Assembly: GCA_012295275.1 (NCBI GenBank) | Contig: CM022673.1 | Coordinates: 18,848,001-18,912,000 of the forward strand | Direction: 5' to 3' | Source: Chrysomallon squamiferum | Lineage: Eukaryota; Animalia; Mollusca | Length of the DNA: 64,000 bases | Part shown: positions 49,466 to 61,461 of the stretch, one piece after another | Numbering within the stretch: position 1 is the stretch's first letter | How the letters are laid out: each line of letters starts with the position of its first letter | Position numbers and translations under genes: made by a program | Notes under the pieces: model-generated | Database searches by the model: none | What the model saw: the letters and a program-made list of their open reading frames with translations, nothing else | What the model was told of the DNA's origin: nothing

Positions 49466-52400
49466 GCATTTAATATTATGATCTATTTATTTATTTTTAT
49501 ATTGCAGATGTTTAGCTCGAGCACTTGGGGTGAGTTATTTTTGCATAATAAAAAATAAAATAAAGTGCAATTAAAACTTTCAACAAGAGGCCTTTATAAT
49601 AACAATCGATTCCGCAAAACTTGAAGGCACCGCACATGCAAAAAATTCGATATCTCTTCTTCACTGAACCATGAGACCTAACAAATTATAGAGCTTCAAA
49701 TTAACAAGGCTATCAAAATATCAAATGCATTTCAAGATACTGATGCTTAAGAAAACACAAGAGGCTTTGTAGAACAGTTCACCATGCTTAATGTTTTGCC
49801 ACTAATTTTCTAACATATTCACACAGAGCTCTTAATTTCTATTTTATTTTTATTCTGTACCAGCTTGATATTATTGACTACTTTTGCTATTTTGGTACTA
49901 AGCTCGGAAGATTTTGTATGTTTTGGCAATTTCCTTTCAAATTTATATCTTTTATTAACATCCCAGAAAAATATTAAAATATATTTATTATCACTTTTTA
50001 CAAGTCACTTATAAACTTTACTAATTTTTAGATGTATGAAACTCCTCTAGGAGATTCGCGTGCACGAGTTACCTGATTTCTTTCAAGCCTGTTCATGCTA
50101 CATTTGCTGTTGAATTAAACACGATGAGCCTGCTTTTTACTAAAACTTCGATAAATACAATCTGCGAAGTTAAATAGCACTTTGATGAAGTATGTAACAC
50201 ATAAATTAATCTTTAAGTGATGTCCTTGACACTGGAAGTAGAATTTACTGCATTAAACGACAGTCCTATATTAATCAGTTTAACGTAACGTTTAAATTAC
50301 CTTGAACTGTCTTTCTCCTCAAAAACTTTTTTAATTAACAATACAGCAACACGAATTCTGAAAACATTACGTGTTGATTTACATTATTAGACGTTGGTAA
50401 ACACTTTTTTGAAATCGAGGGTCCAACGTTTGCATTCTCTTTTATCTTAAGTCACTGAGTGAACGTTAAACAACATAGGCTTAAACGACCGTAACAAATC
50501 TCATGTTGATGTTTGAGGGTCGCCATAGCGATTTGTAATACCAGTGAAACTGTCCAATGAATGTATAGGAAAGATATTGCATTTTTTTAATGAAAATTTA
50601 GTATAGTAAATTATCGAAATATTTAACTCATGACACAATGACTTGCACACAAACCTTGACTAATATTTAATCATTAAAACCATGTGTGTATGTTTGTGTA
50701 TGTGCGTGTATGTTGAAAAATGTTTCTCCAGACGTGAATAAAAACATTATGCATGTAATTATGTACAATTATCGTACTCAATCCTTGCATTTTGTATTTT
50801 CTAATCAAGCATAAATTAACCTCATTTAATATTCTAAAATCTATTCTGGCATACCTGAAAAATTCAGCTTTTTATATCATTTGTGTAACGTAACAACAGT
50901 CACTAATTGGAAGATTAGAGACTGTATTAACAATACCAGAGTATGATCTGTAAACAGCGAAGTGAAACTTCATAAGAAAAAGAAGAAGAAGAATTGTTAT
51001 TATTGTTGTTATTATAATTATTATTGTTATTTTGACTGACTGATTGACTCAAATACATTATTGATTTGTTTAGGAAATTACATTTATTAGAAATTAAAAA
51101 CTTATGCCTATTGTTAAAAAACTTTTATTTGTAAAAAAATGTATTTCAGTTCCGGGTGGATCTGTTTAAATCTCACCTGACAAATGAAATTATCGTGGAA
51201 GATGATGGCATGTCCATTCAGGTAAAAATAAAATAAAACAGAAAAGCTGTCATTATTGCCAGTTAAATGTGAATTGTATGTGTCAGAACGAAATTAAATC
51301 CAAAATTAATACAAACAGAACATTTTAATATATAATTAAACAAACATTCGAATAATACTGCATGCATAACATACCTTTTTTGTTGTTTCTGTATCAAACA
51401 GAATTTTGTATTAATTAATTTATTTAATGTAAATTTCTCTTATGTTCAGCTGATAGGTTTTGAAACAGGGTATAAATGTCTTCACTGATTCTGTTTTACT
51501 TAAAACTAACATATTTTACAAATATAACAATATATCTTGTTATCAAATGTTATAACGTTTCTGTAGTGTTCTGTCTGTTTTACTGAAAGCTGCTGACATA
51601 TTATTTAAATGTGTGTCTGAAATATTTAATTTCAGGAGGTGTTGAAGATGATGGACTATAAACTGCTGTATCCTCCCTTACATCAAACAGTGAACATGCA
51701 CACCGCGGAGTGGAACATGGCTGTCATTAGAAAATGTCTCTATCTTCTCGACCACCGCGCTCTCACGTATGTACATTTATATAAACAGCTTACATTACAG
51801 AATGTAAAGTAATAATTAAACATGTAAATGCCTGCCGTCCTTTACTGTGTACAGCTGTTTTTATCCTTTCTTTATTTTTCTTCTTTTACTTTGTGGTGAA
51901 CGTGGGAAGAGTGTAACTGCATATTTATTTATAGCGCATCTTTGTTAAAAAAGGGTTTGCTTTATTGTCAGTGAGGTTAGATATGTTTGTGTTATATATA
52001 GACAATATAATATGTTAATATAGCATAAGAAATAGAAATATTAATTATTTCCTTTTCGTAAGTAATTGTGTCAGATATTATCAGATATTATTACAATATT
52101 TGGCAGCGTTGGTCGAAGTACTAATTATTATATATATATATTTTTTTAATTAATTGTATTATTATAATTGTAAAATGTATATGTCTTAAAAATTACAAAC
52201 TAGAAAAGAACGTGGATAAATGGGTTTTTTTTTTTTTTTTTAAACTTTACGTTTTCAACTGCAACTTAACATATTTCTACCTGTAAAATGTAGACAAGTT
52301 ACTGAAAAAATGTAATACATTCTACAGCAAGTAAAGTGACGAGATGGTTTTAATTTTCCATGGCAACCATGGAATCTGATATTGCTTTGTATTGCAGATT

Positions 52401-52886
52401 TGAAGATCTTCACGATATAAGAATGGCATATCAAGTATACGAGGCTATCGACATGAAGGGAATGGTAGAGGAGCAGCACACATTGCTGAGAACTCTCAGG
52501 GTTAGCACGCCAAATTAACACTGATAATTAACACTTGTACAAATTCTAAAATTAAATACAGTTTCAACATTAAAGCAAAAATACACATACATACATACAA
52601 ATGTATATAAACGTTGCGCTGAATAGTTATTTCATTGTCCCCAGAAACAAGGTCAGAGTTGCAGAATATTTGATCATTTCTTTACATGTTTGTATGGGTG
52701 GGTATGTGTATATATATGTGCGCGCACACACACACATTAAGTAGACAAGAAATGCAAAACAATCATGATAATCAGTTAATTTTTTTATTTATTTAACGCA
52801 ATAAGGCTAAAGTAAAACTGTTCTAAATACATATGCAATGGAACAAAAAATTTATAATTTTGAACAGACTAAGTCTAAGAATAATA

Positions 52887-52917
<31 letters not shown>

Positions 52918-55900
52918 TTTAAATCAGTTTTAAGACATTTTTATGATGTGGGGACAGAACAACAAGAATAAAAGTATTTATGTAAGAGATTTAATTTCTT
53001 CATTTCATTGAATTATTATATGCGTCAGCATATTCAGTCACTGACAGGTTTGTACATTCATTTGTGTGCACTGTTTTAAGAACTGAAGCCAAAATTACAC
53101 CTGCTTATGACATCCTTTAAATAGATATTAATTATTTAAAAACATACTTTTTTTTTTTTTTATTCTGTCGATAATGAATTTTAACGCTGCATTTTTATTT
53201 AATCTTCTCCTTTGTAATTTTGTACTATATATATGGAATTTTATATTAATAATCAAAATATTTAATAAAATTATTTTAAAAAACAACAAAAAAAAACCCG
53301 ATGGTTTTATCTAACAGAAACAGTTCTTTCTGTAATGTTCGCTTTTCTCCCTTTTTCCAAAGAATGTTACCTTTAGGCACTCGTAAAACAAGTATTTAAC
53401 TGATTCAGGCCATATTTTAGACACTGAATATATTAAATGCTCCACTCACACAAGTACAAGTAATTTAAAAAACTGTTTTCTAGATGACATAGTCATAAAC
53501 GGAATAGTGTTGTTTGTTTGAAGTTTTCTACTGTAAATAAAATATACTTAATATACATTAAAATGTTATCCAGATTTCAAAGCCAAACTTTTACGTATTC
53601 TGGAATTTTATTACCGATTTTTTTTTTTTTTTTTTCACATTACTTCTTTCGTGGCTTTCTTTTGGTTTTATTATTTTCCCTCAGATTTATTCTGTTTCTT
53701 GACATACAAATTTTAAATATATCATTATTATATGTATATGTACCTTTTACTGAAATTCGATTAGGTCTGCAGTAGAAAAGAAAAAGCGAGAATGAACTGC
53801 CTGCTGTAGGTTGCAACTTGAATCATAAAACAGAAATGTTTAATTCTTTCAGAATGCCTGAGCAACCACAACACCTATTCTATTTAAATACTGTAATAAC
53901 CGTATTAAGAAAGTGAAAAGGAAGAAAAGAAAGATAGCATTTAAATATCTGTAACTATAAAAAAAATTAACACCATTTTAAAGTATTTTGTTATGTTTTT
54001 CTATTAAATATAAATTGATAATTAAAGTTTCGACTGTATTTGTACAAATGTAAAGTATATAAAGAATGCAGTGGGGGATTAAATAAGTGAAAATGCATTA
54101 TACTTAGGGAACAGTTTCCAAATATATATTTTTAATATTATATATTAATAAAAAAGTTTTTAAAAATAAATGGTTTCGTTATATATCAGTTCGCTTTTTA
54201 ATTCTATTATTTATTTATATATTTGTTTACTTACTTTTGTTTGTTTACTGTTGATAATATTATGAGATTCTGATGTTACATATGGAAACAAAGACAAATG
54301 CTCTTTGAATGTCGTTTACTCTCCATTTGTTTTTTTACACAAAGTTTAATTCACCTACTACTAAATTCCTTCCTAATAAAATTAGTTATACAAAGGTATA
54401 TATTTTTGTTGACAAACTTCATATGTGAACCAAGTGTATTAATATACAATTATTTCTATATTACATATTGATGAACGTATCATTTCAATCTAGTGCAGTG
54501 TAAGGGCATGCCTATTAAATCTGCTACTAATATTAAATTAACATTTTAATAACTAATTCGAATTTCTCTTTCCACCTTTATTACTTATTTTAATTTTCCA
54601 GTAATAATTAACTGCTGCACATTAGTAAAATACCTACATTATATCTAAGATGTCGTGTACCCGCTATACTATGAAATATAAATCAAGTTATAAATACAGC
54701 AGATCATTATTTACTACCGGATGTTTCTCGGAATTTATTTAGAAATATTAACCTGCCTGTCAGGAAATTAACCTAGATTTTTATTTATCTTTATACTAAT
54801 TTTGTTCTGTCTTATCTTTTTCCTTTATTTAAAAAAAAAAAATGTATTTGTTTATTCGTTTTTATATATCGCAGTATGGACGGATGTAAGTCGCGAAAGT
54901 CATAAGTAGAGAACTATCAATGAAATACATTCGGTAATATTAATGTGGTGTTGTGCTTTCGTGGCGTAAGAAATGTTTTTAAATATTATATCGAGGCTGT
55001 TGCTGTTTGGGGGGTTTTTTTTGGTTTTTTTTTACTCTTTATATATATTTCGTCATATGAATTTTGATATTCCTAATTTCTACAGGGTGTCCACAAAGTC
55101 TGGATACATAAGTAAAATAAATAGGTTGTCTATTAGGGTGTCTAAGGTTGAATTCTTCTGCAACTTTGCGATAAGACCATCCTTCTCGTCCACTTAAGAG
55201 TACCAACTCGATCTTTCTTCTTTAGACAGAGCCATCATTCGATCTGGGTAAGAAAAATAACATAAATAAATAACATAGTAAAATTCCCCATGTACCCAGA
55301 CTTTGTGGACACCCTGTATAATAATCATTTTGATAATTCACTTTTCGGCAGATGTGTGGCCGAACAATTGCACCAATGAAGTTAATGCATCGCATCAAAC
55401 ACATGAAAGCGAATTTTGAAGAAAAAGGTCGAATTCAGCTTTCAGAATTTCTGGACCTTGTACTATGGTGAGTGATGAAATATGTCTGTAATAACGATAT
55501 TTGTATAATTTATGTTAGAGTGATGGTGTAGCAAATGTACAACGTGATATTCCTGTCCCTTAATATATTCTTATTAAATTAATGAGACACTATTGCTCAC
55601 ACTCAGCGGCTCAAAAGAAAGCTTTACCTAAATATTTATGAATAAGTGTTTCAAAAAATTATATTTTGTATAAAAATTGTAAATAAAATAACAAGTTAGG
55701 AATTTATAATAAAATATTATTTTGGTTATAAATATTTTTAATATTAGGTGCGATGTTTATCAAAGTTTCAATCCTAAAGACATGGAATATGCACAGGGAA
55801 AAGAAGATGAATTATTTAAGGTATTCTCTCGTTAATCAAGTGACAAATATAGAAATATTTTCAAATTATTTTCAGTTTATTACACTACACCCAGAATATA

Positions 55901-56556
55901 GTTGTCCTTCCCAATGTACATCTGTCCCTTTTGTCATTTCCCAGTCGTCTAACCTTCCAGTCATATTATATTCCAAATCCATTAGTAAAAATATCAAGGC
56001 TAAAATAAATCTTAATCTTAAGAAGAATTGACAAGCAAGTCAAGCTTTCATTGATCTTTTATCACTGTTTATCTGTTTCTGGAACAACATCATAATATTG
56101 TATAGTAACAAAAACTGCTGTTTCACAATTCGTTTTTGAAAGTTCATTTCCAAGGTCTGGAGTTTGTAATTTAAAATGTGTTTGATTATCTTTCTTGACT
56201 GTACGTTTGATCCTATTCATGTATAACAGGATTAAATTATCAGCAAATTTTTGTTTTTGCAAGCTGGTTGATTTTCATCGTCTGCTTTGCCATTATGATG
56301 ACCGAGTGATGTCGTTGTTAGATGCTAATTACCTAAAAGAAGAATGTGGTTTCGAACATGAAACATTTGGTACGAAGCAGGTACCCAAGGAGCCCCCAGT
56401 ACGCAACCAAGGTCGAATCATGCAGGTAAACATAAATTCAGTACTCTTATTTTATTTTTATTTGATTATTTATTTCCTAGTTTTTCACTGACGTGCCTTA
56501 ATATACATATTTTTTTAAATAAAAACAACTGATTTTATTTATCTATGTTATATTTT

Positions 56557-56593
<37 letters not shown>

Positions 56594-57476
56594 TTTGTTA
56601 AATATTTAAAACTTCTATCGTTTAGTTTTATAAATGGCCTTAATAATTACACACATTTTATATATACATTTTGTCTAGATAATAAAAACTTGTCACATAC
56701 AAGTTTACAAATACATACATAAAAAATATATGAAATGTATATATTGCTTTTTTTGTTCTCCATAAAATATGTATATAAAAAAATACAGATATCTTAGAAT
56801 TCAAATATTTTTTTCTGTTTTTGCAATCAAATCACGTGTTTAAACAATGCCAAATTTAGTCTGTAAGGCCACATGCTACAAAACGATTTCCAAAATACTT
56901 ATCTGAGTTTTAGACTAAACTTGTCTTTTGGAGACCTTTGCAAAATCCAAGACCAAAACAAACTTCCTAACATTATTCTTTACACTATTCTGTGTTGATT
57001 TTTGTATATCACTTGTTATTTATATAGTATCTTTCTATATACTAATATAGCTCTTCTGGTCGTATGGACTCCTTACTAATTTAAATACAAACAAATCAAA
57101 ATAGTTACAACTAATATTTGCAATCTCCAGTTGGAAGAAAGAAAATTATGTGATGAGTATATTGAAGCAACAGAAGTAGCGGTAACTAACAATTTTAGAA
57201 GCTAGAGCAGAAGTTAGTTTTAGTTAACACAGTTGCTTAGTACTGTGCTTGTAAAATATGTTCATGCATCGTGTGCTTGCTTATGTGTGCTTTTATCGAT
57301 AAATGAATAATATGAAATAATAGTCATAATAGGATGGACCCAGAAATTCAGAGAACTTTATTATGGCAGACAATTTTCAAAATAAAAAGAAGTTTTATTA
57401 AATTAAAAATGATAATATCGTTGAATGGGATGGGCTGTGTTGTAACGGTTGCCTAACTGGGGTACTCGTCCTGGGA

Positions 57477-57514
<38 letters not shown>

Positions 57515-60500
57515 GTTAACTGCAACCCCTCTAATAGCTTGTTGATCAGACATTATTTTTGCTCTATTTTATTGGTTAAACATGCTGTTTATTTAAGTCG
57601 AAGAAAACAAATATAAAATGACCTGTAAATATTTGTCATTATTTATAAGCTATAAATTGTAGTAGTCATCAAGACAGTTTTATTTTATTTTATTATTATT
57701 CTTTTTAACCAACCAAGACTGAATATTCTGCATCGTTGTAGATATATATCTATATTTTATTTATTTGCTTATTTAGATATATTCACCAGTATATTTATTT
57801 CTGATATTTACAAATAAAATAATTGAAGAAAATAGGAAATAACTTCATTGTATTGATAATGATATAGTGATTTTAATTAAAATACTACAAACTTTCAACG
57901 TGATGTTTATGCATTATGAAGACATTGTTCATATTTCTTTTTAACAGTTTAAATATTCCTATTCATATTGTCTGCACTGAAATATCTGAGTATACATACT
58001 AAAACAAAAATGATTTTAAGGCTCGACTTGACAAAAGGAGATACCGTCACTTGAAGCACGAAGTAATGGCGTCTCAGAAACGTGTTTACAGAGCTCACGC
58101 AGGATCCATCCGACCTCGTCCCATTACCATGCCAGAGCTTGACAGCTACACAAAAAAAGTGGAACGATCCAACACATCGTGTACAACAGCAGAACAGGCC
58201 TACAACACGTTTAGAAAGAGAATCAGATCTGTGGCATCAAGAGGTAACCACAAAAATTAAACAAAAATTAAAACTAATAACCCAACAAAATACAGACGAT
58301 CGTCTATAACTTGAGTATCAGTCATCATTTGCAACCTCTACATCACCAACATATGTAATATCTATATCAATAATCACTGTAACTTACGTGTCAGTCTTTA
58401 TCTGTAATTTGTGTATAAACCATCATCACTAACTTCTGTATTAGTCATAACCTTAACATTTATATTAGCCATCAGCTTTGCTTGTCTGTCAGTCTTTATC
58501 TGCAATGTCTATATCATCATCATCAGTAACTTCTATAATCAACATTTACAAATAGTATCTTTATTACCAGTCATTTGTAACATGTAATGGACTATCAACC
58601 TTTATCTGTATAACTCTGTATAAACCATCTGAAACTTCTCTATTAACCATTATCGATTCAGTTAAGTTGTTAATGAAACTGTTATTCTTCAGGCTCGTCA
58701 GTGTTACAGTCTGAAACATTTGAGCGACCACAAATCATAGAGTATGTTCGTGTACCCACACCAAGAGCTGTCAGCTGCAAAGATAAAACAGAAATTGAGA
58801 AAAAGATGGAGAGTCTCAAGTTTGCCATGACAACATTGGTTTGTCTAAACAATAGCAAACAAATAAATAAACACAAATCATGGAATTTTTCCAGTTTACT
58901 AAATTTTATTTGTATTACAAAACTGTCCAGGTCCAAATCATTTTTGTCTTTATAAACTAATATATAATGTGTGTATGTATGTATGTATATTTTTATCTAT
59001 ACAATTAATATTCCTATTCATTACCCTTGCCATGATATGCTAAATAGTCATTGATAAATAATCTTCAATTTTTTTTTTTTTTTTACCTGGATCTTAATTT
59101 ATATAATATAGCAACTCACTTTATCAAATCAGAAGTTATTTATGACATCCAGAAGCCATTAAAATAGTTTTCAGAGCTTATTTTTGAAAAATGTCCATGG
59201 GGAGCAGGCCATCAGATCTCCCCAGAAAATTTAAGTTCACTATTCTGCCACCCATGTTACAGTCATCTAAAAATGTAGAATATTGTACAATATCCAATTC
59301 AGAATTATACTGTTTTGCTACTATTATGTATACTAATATGCAAAGCAGTATTTGTGTACATTTTAAACATTTACATGTAACCAGTGCATTTTTTTAATCT
59401 GAATCATAAATTAAAAAGGACATGAGTTTAAAATATTATATTTGTTTATTCTTTTGTTTTCAGGAAAGTCGTTATTTAATAAAGAAAGAAGAAGAAATGG
59501 ATGCTTATATTCCTCATTATAAACAAAAAATGGTTGACAGACAATCATCTAGTAAGTTGTACTGATATATAAATACAAAAATATTTAAATACATACCTTT
59601 TTTTTTTTTTTTGATGTTTGTTTTTGATATTATTATAATTACGATACCTTCTATTGTTCCATTATTATAGATTTTACATGGCGTCTTTATTTCTGAAATA
59701 TTGCAGCAGTTACAACTGACAGGAAACCTGAAGCAAAAAAAGAGATACACTGGACACAAGATGCAGCTGAAGTCTTTACAAGACCTCAATTGAAAGATCC
59801 TTCCCCAACCCCTCATGACAGAAAATGTGATGCCAGGTAGTCTTAAATTTCTGATATAAATATTCTGTTCTGTAGTAGTAAGTAAGCAAATAAAATCATG
59901 GATTTCAGTTCCTGATAAAATTCAGATTATGTTTATAGAATTCCTACACAACCAAGAATTTTGAAAGTTCTCCGATATGAATTCTTCTGTTTATTTATGT
60001 CTTTGCATTTAACATTTCAGATTCCGTGGCTGGTTGCCTGTCATGAATTATAAAGGACCTCATTTCATTCTTGTGTCTCCATTCTATGAGAATTCAGAAA
60101 GAGGAATCTTTCTGCAGAAATTGTATGATAAATCCAGATCACAGGCACAGCATGTCAAAGATTTTGACTTTCTCTACCGTTACACGCATAAAAGCCAGAT
60201 AGAAACAAACAAATGCAAGCCAAAAATTCGCCCCATTACAGCTCCAGCTACTCTGCATGGATCAGCAAACTATTCAGATGTATTTTATGATAATTACAAC
60301 AAGCTGCATTCACCTTTGGAAAGTCGAAGAGCTACATCTGGTCTCGGCAAAAGTTCATCTCTAAAACAAGACAATAATTTAATTAAAAATTTAGACTCGA
60401 GCAAGAACACAAATATTGTTAATGTGCCCAGATGTGAAAGTCCTATGTTAAGCAGAGCAAAGTCTCCTAGAAATGCTCTTTCTGCATTTTCAAAGGGGTC

Positions 60501-61461
60501 ATCTGTGAGATCAAAGGAGACAAATAAGAGCAGACAAATAATTTCTGCTGCTGGAGAGAGACATTCCCAGAAATCCATTGATTCTTCTGAGCAGAAAGAT
60601 GTTGATACTAAATCCAATTCAGGATATTCAGAGTTTGAAGAAAACCTTGAGCCCTACGACACTGGTTTAGAGGATAGACGTTCATCAGGAGCTGTAAAGA
60701 CATCAATGGGTAATGACAGTCTGCACCAAGATGAGGTTATTACTCCTGTTCCTTCAATGCGTCACAGCAAGCCAGAAATCGTGGAAATAGGTCAGACTGG
60801 TAAAATATATTTGTTAGAAAATATTTCAGAATCACAGGACTTGGAGGCTAAATACAGTCAACATCCATCTGAAGACAAATGCCACACCATATCACCTAAT
60901 TCCAAAGCAAAATGCTGTGAATACTCACCACGATCTCAATCTGCAAAGAAATCAGTTTCCAAAATTGCTTTAGATAATGCTGAATATGACTCAGATTCTT
61001 CGCTTAAAGAAAAAGAACCACGTTCAAAACATTCTCCAGAAGAATGCAAAAAATTATCCAATGAAAAAATCTGTACACCTCCTACATCATCCAGTCAATC
61101 TGAAATGACAGCTGAGGATTCCGTATCAAGATTAGTTTCTGTTGGTGACTCTAACCACGTCTTAAATTCAGTTGATAATATGAGTTCATTAAACAGTTCA
61201 TTAAACAGTCCAGATAGTGAATCTCATTACAGTCAAAATAGATTTAACACTGAATGTCTGAAGCAAGTACATATCAAAGAACCAGTGGTTTCAGATTTCA
61301 ACAATCATTCCACACATTTACATCTTGTTAATGCAGCACTGTTACAGAGAAATATGTCTAGAAATAAAAAATCTGAAGCAAAGTACTGGAGACTTGTGGA
61401 GAGAATGAATAAACTTATTTCAAATGATTTAAAAGTACGTTTATTAACTATCAGTAAATAA
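48614..61461 (+). CDS. Uncharacterised protein, ~922 aa, 13 exons; N-terminal degenerate 4x EF-hand (calmodulin/centrin-like) fold plus long Ser/Lys-rich C-terminus
   Basis: 13 GT-AG exons join in one open frame; EF-hand-like segments GSLTWDELGCLARALG, DDGMSIQEVLKMM, IRMAYQVYEAIDMKG and GRIQLSEFLDLV; last exon matches the 475-aa ORF. Confidence 0.85.
49420..49461. repeat. (CT)n microsatellite
   Basis: Direct reading. Confidence 0.95.
49508..49529 (+). CDS. Gene 2 exon 2, 22-nt mini-exon (CLARALG)
   Basis: tgcag / GGG|gtgagt; phase 2-0, needed to keep the frame. Confidence 0.75.
51150..51221 (+). CDS. Gene 2 exon 3 (FRVDLFKSHLTNEIIVEDDGMSIQ)
   Basis: ttcag / CAG|gtaaaa, 72 nt. Confidence 0.82.
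51636..51766 (+). CDS. Gene 2 exon 4 (EVLKMMDYKLLYPP...LDHRAL)
   Basis: ttcag / AC|gtatgt, 131 nt. Confidence 0.85.
52398..52500 (+). CDS. Gene 2 exon 5 (FEDLHDIRMAYQVYEAIDMKGMVEEQHTLLRTLR)
   Basis: tgcag / AGG|gttagc, 103 nt, phase 2-0. Confidence 0.85.
55081..55318. mobile_element. Tc1/mariner-type MITE, ~234 bp plus TA flanks
   Basis: TA-CAGGGTGTCCACAAAGTCTGGATACA ... TGTACCCAGACTTTGTGGACACCCTG-TA, 26-bp TIR with one mismatch. Confidence 0.88.
55352..55467 (+). CDS. Gene 2 exon 6 (MCGRTIAPMKL...GRIQLSEFLDLVL)
   Basis: ggcag / TG|gtgagt, 116 nt. Confidence 0.86.
55748..55820 (+). CDS. Gene 2 exon 7 (CDVYQSFNPKDMEYAQGKEDELFK)
   Basis: attag / AAG|gtattc, 73 nt, phase 2-0. Confidence 0.8.
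56264..56425 (+). CDS. Gene 2 exon 8 (LVDFHRLL...NQGRIMQ)
   Basis: gcaag / CAG|gtaaac, 162 nt. Confidence 0.82.
58021..58243 (+). CDS. Gene 2 exon 9 (ARLDKRRYRHLKHEV...RSVASR)
   Basis: ttaag / G|gtaacc, 223 nt. Confidence 0.85.
58315..58655. repeat. Degenerate minisatellite filling intron 9 of gene 2
   Basis: Recurring TGTCAGTCTTTATCTG (58389, 58486), GTATAAACCATC and AACTTCT units; strongly G-poor strand. Confidence 0.65.
58693..58838 (+). CDS. Gene 2 exon 10 (SSVLQSETFERP...FAMTTL)
   Basis: ttcag / TTG|gtttgt, 146 nt. Confidence 0.82.
59464..59551 (+). CDS. Gene 2 exon 11 (ESRYLIKKEEEMDAYIPHYKQKMVDRQSS)
   Basis: ttcag / A|gtaagt, 88 nt. Confidence 0.82.
59707..59836 (+). CDS. Gene 2 exon 12 (VTTDRKPE...HDRKCDA)
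   Basis: tgcagcag tandem acceptor / AG|gtagtc, 130 nt. Confidence 0.82.
60021..61461 (+). CDS. Gene 2 large last coding exon (FRGWLPVMNYKGPHF...), Ser-rich
   Basis: ttcag acceptor in phase 2, 1.44-kb open frame; possible internal donor AAA|gtacgt at 61434. Confidence 0.88.

Noticed and set aside
54875-54885. 11-nt cag|TATGGACGGAT|gtaagt pseudo-exon in gene 2
   Set aside because: Frameshifting and not needed for the frame. No evidence beyond the splice-like words.
55870-56262. Minus-strand short ORFs (MDLEYNMTGRLDDWEM... and the 66-aa ORF)
   Set aside because: Short, separated by stops, no recognisable motif and no splice chain. They lie in a gene 2 intron.
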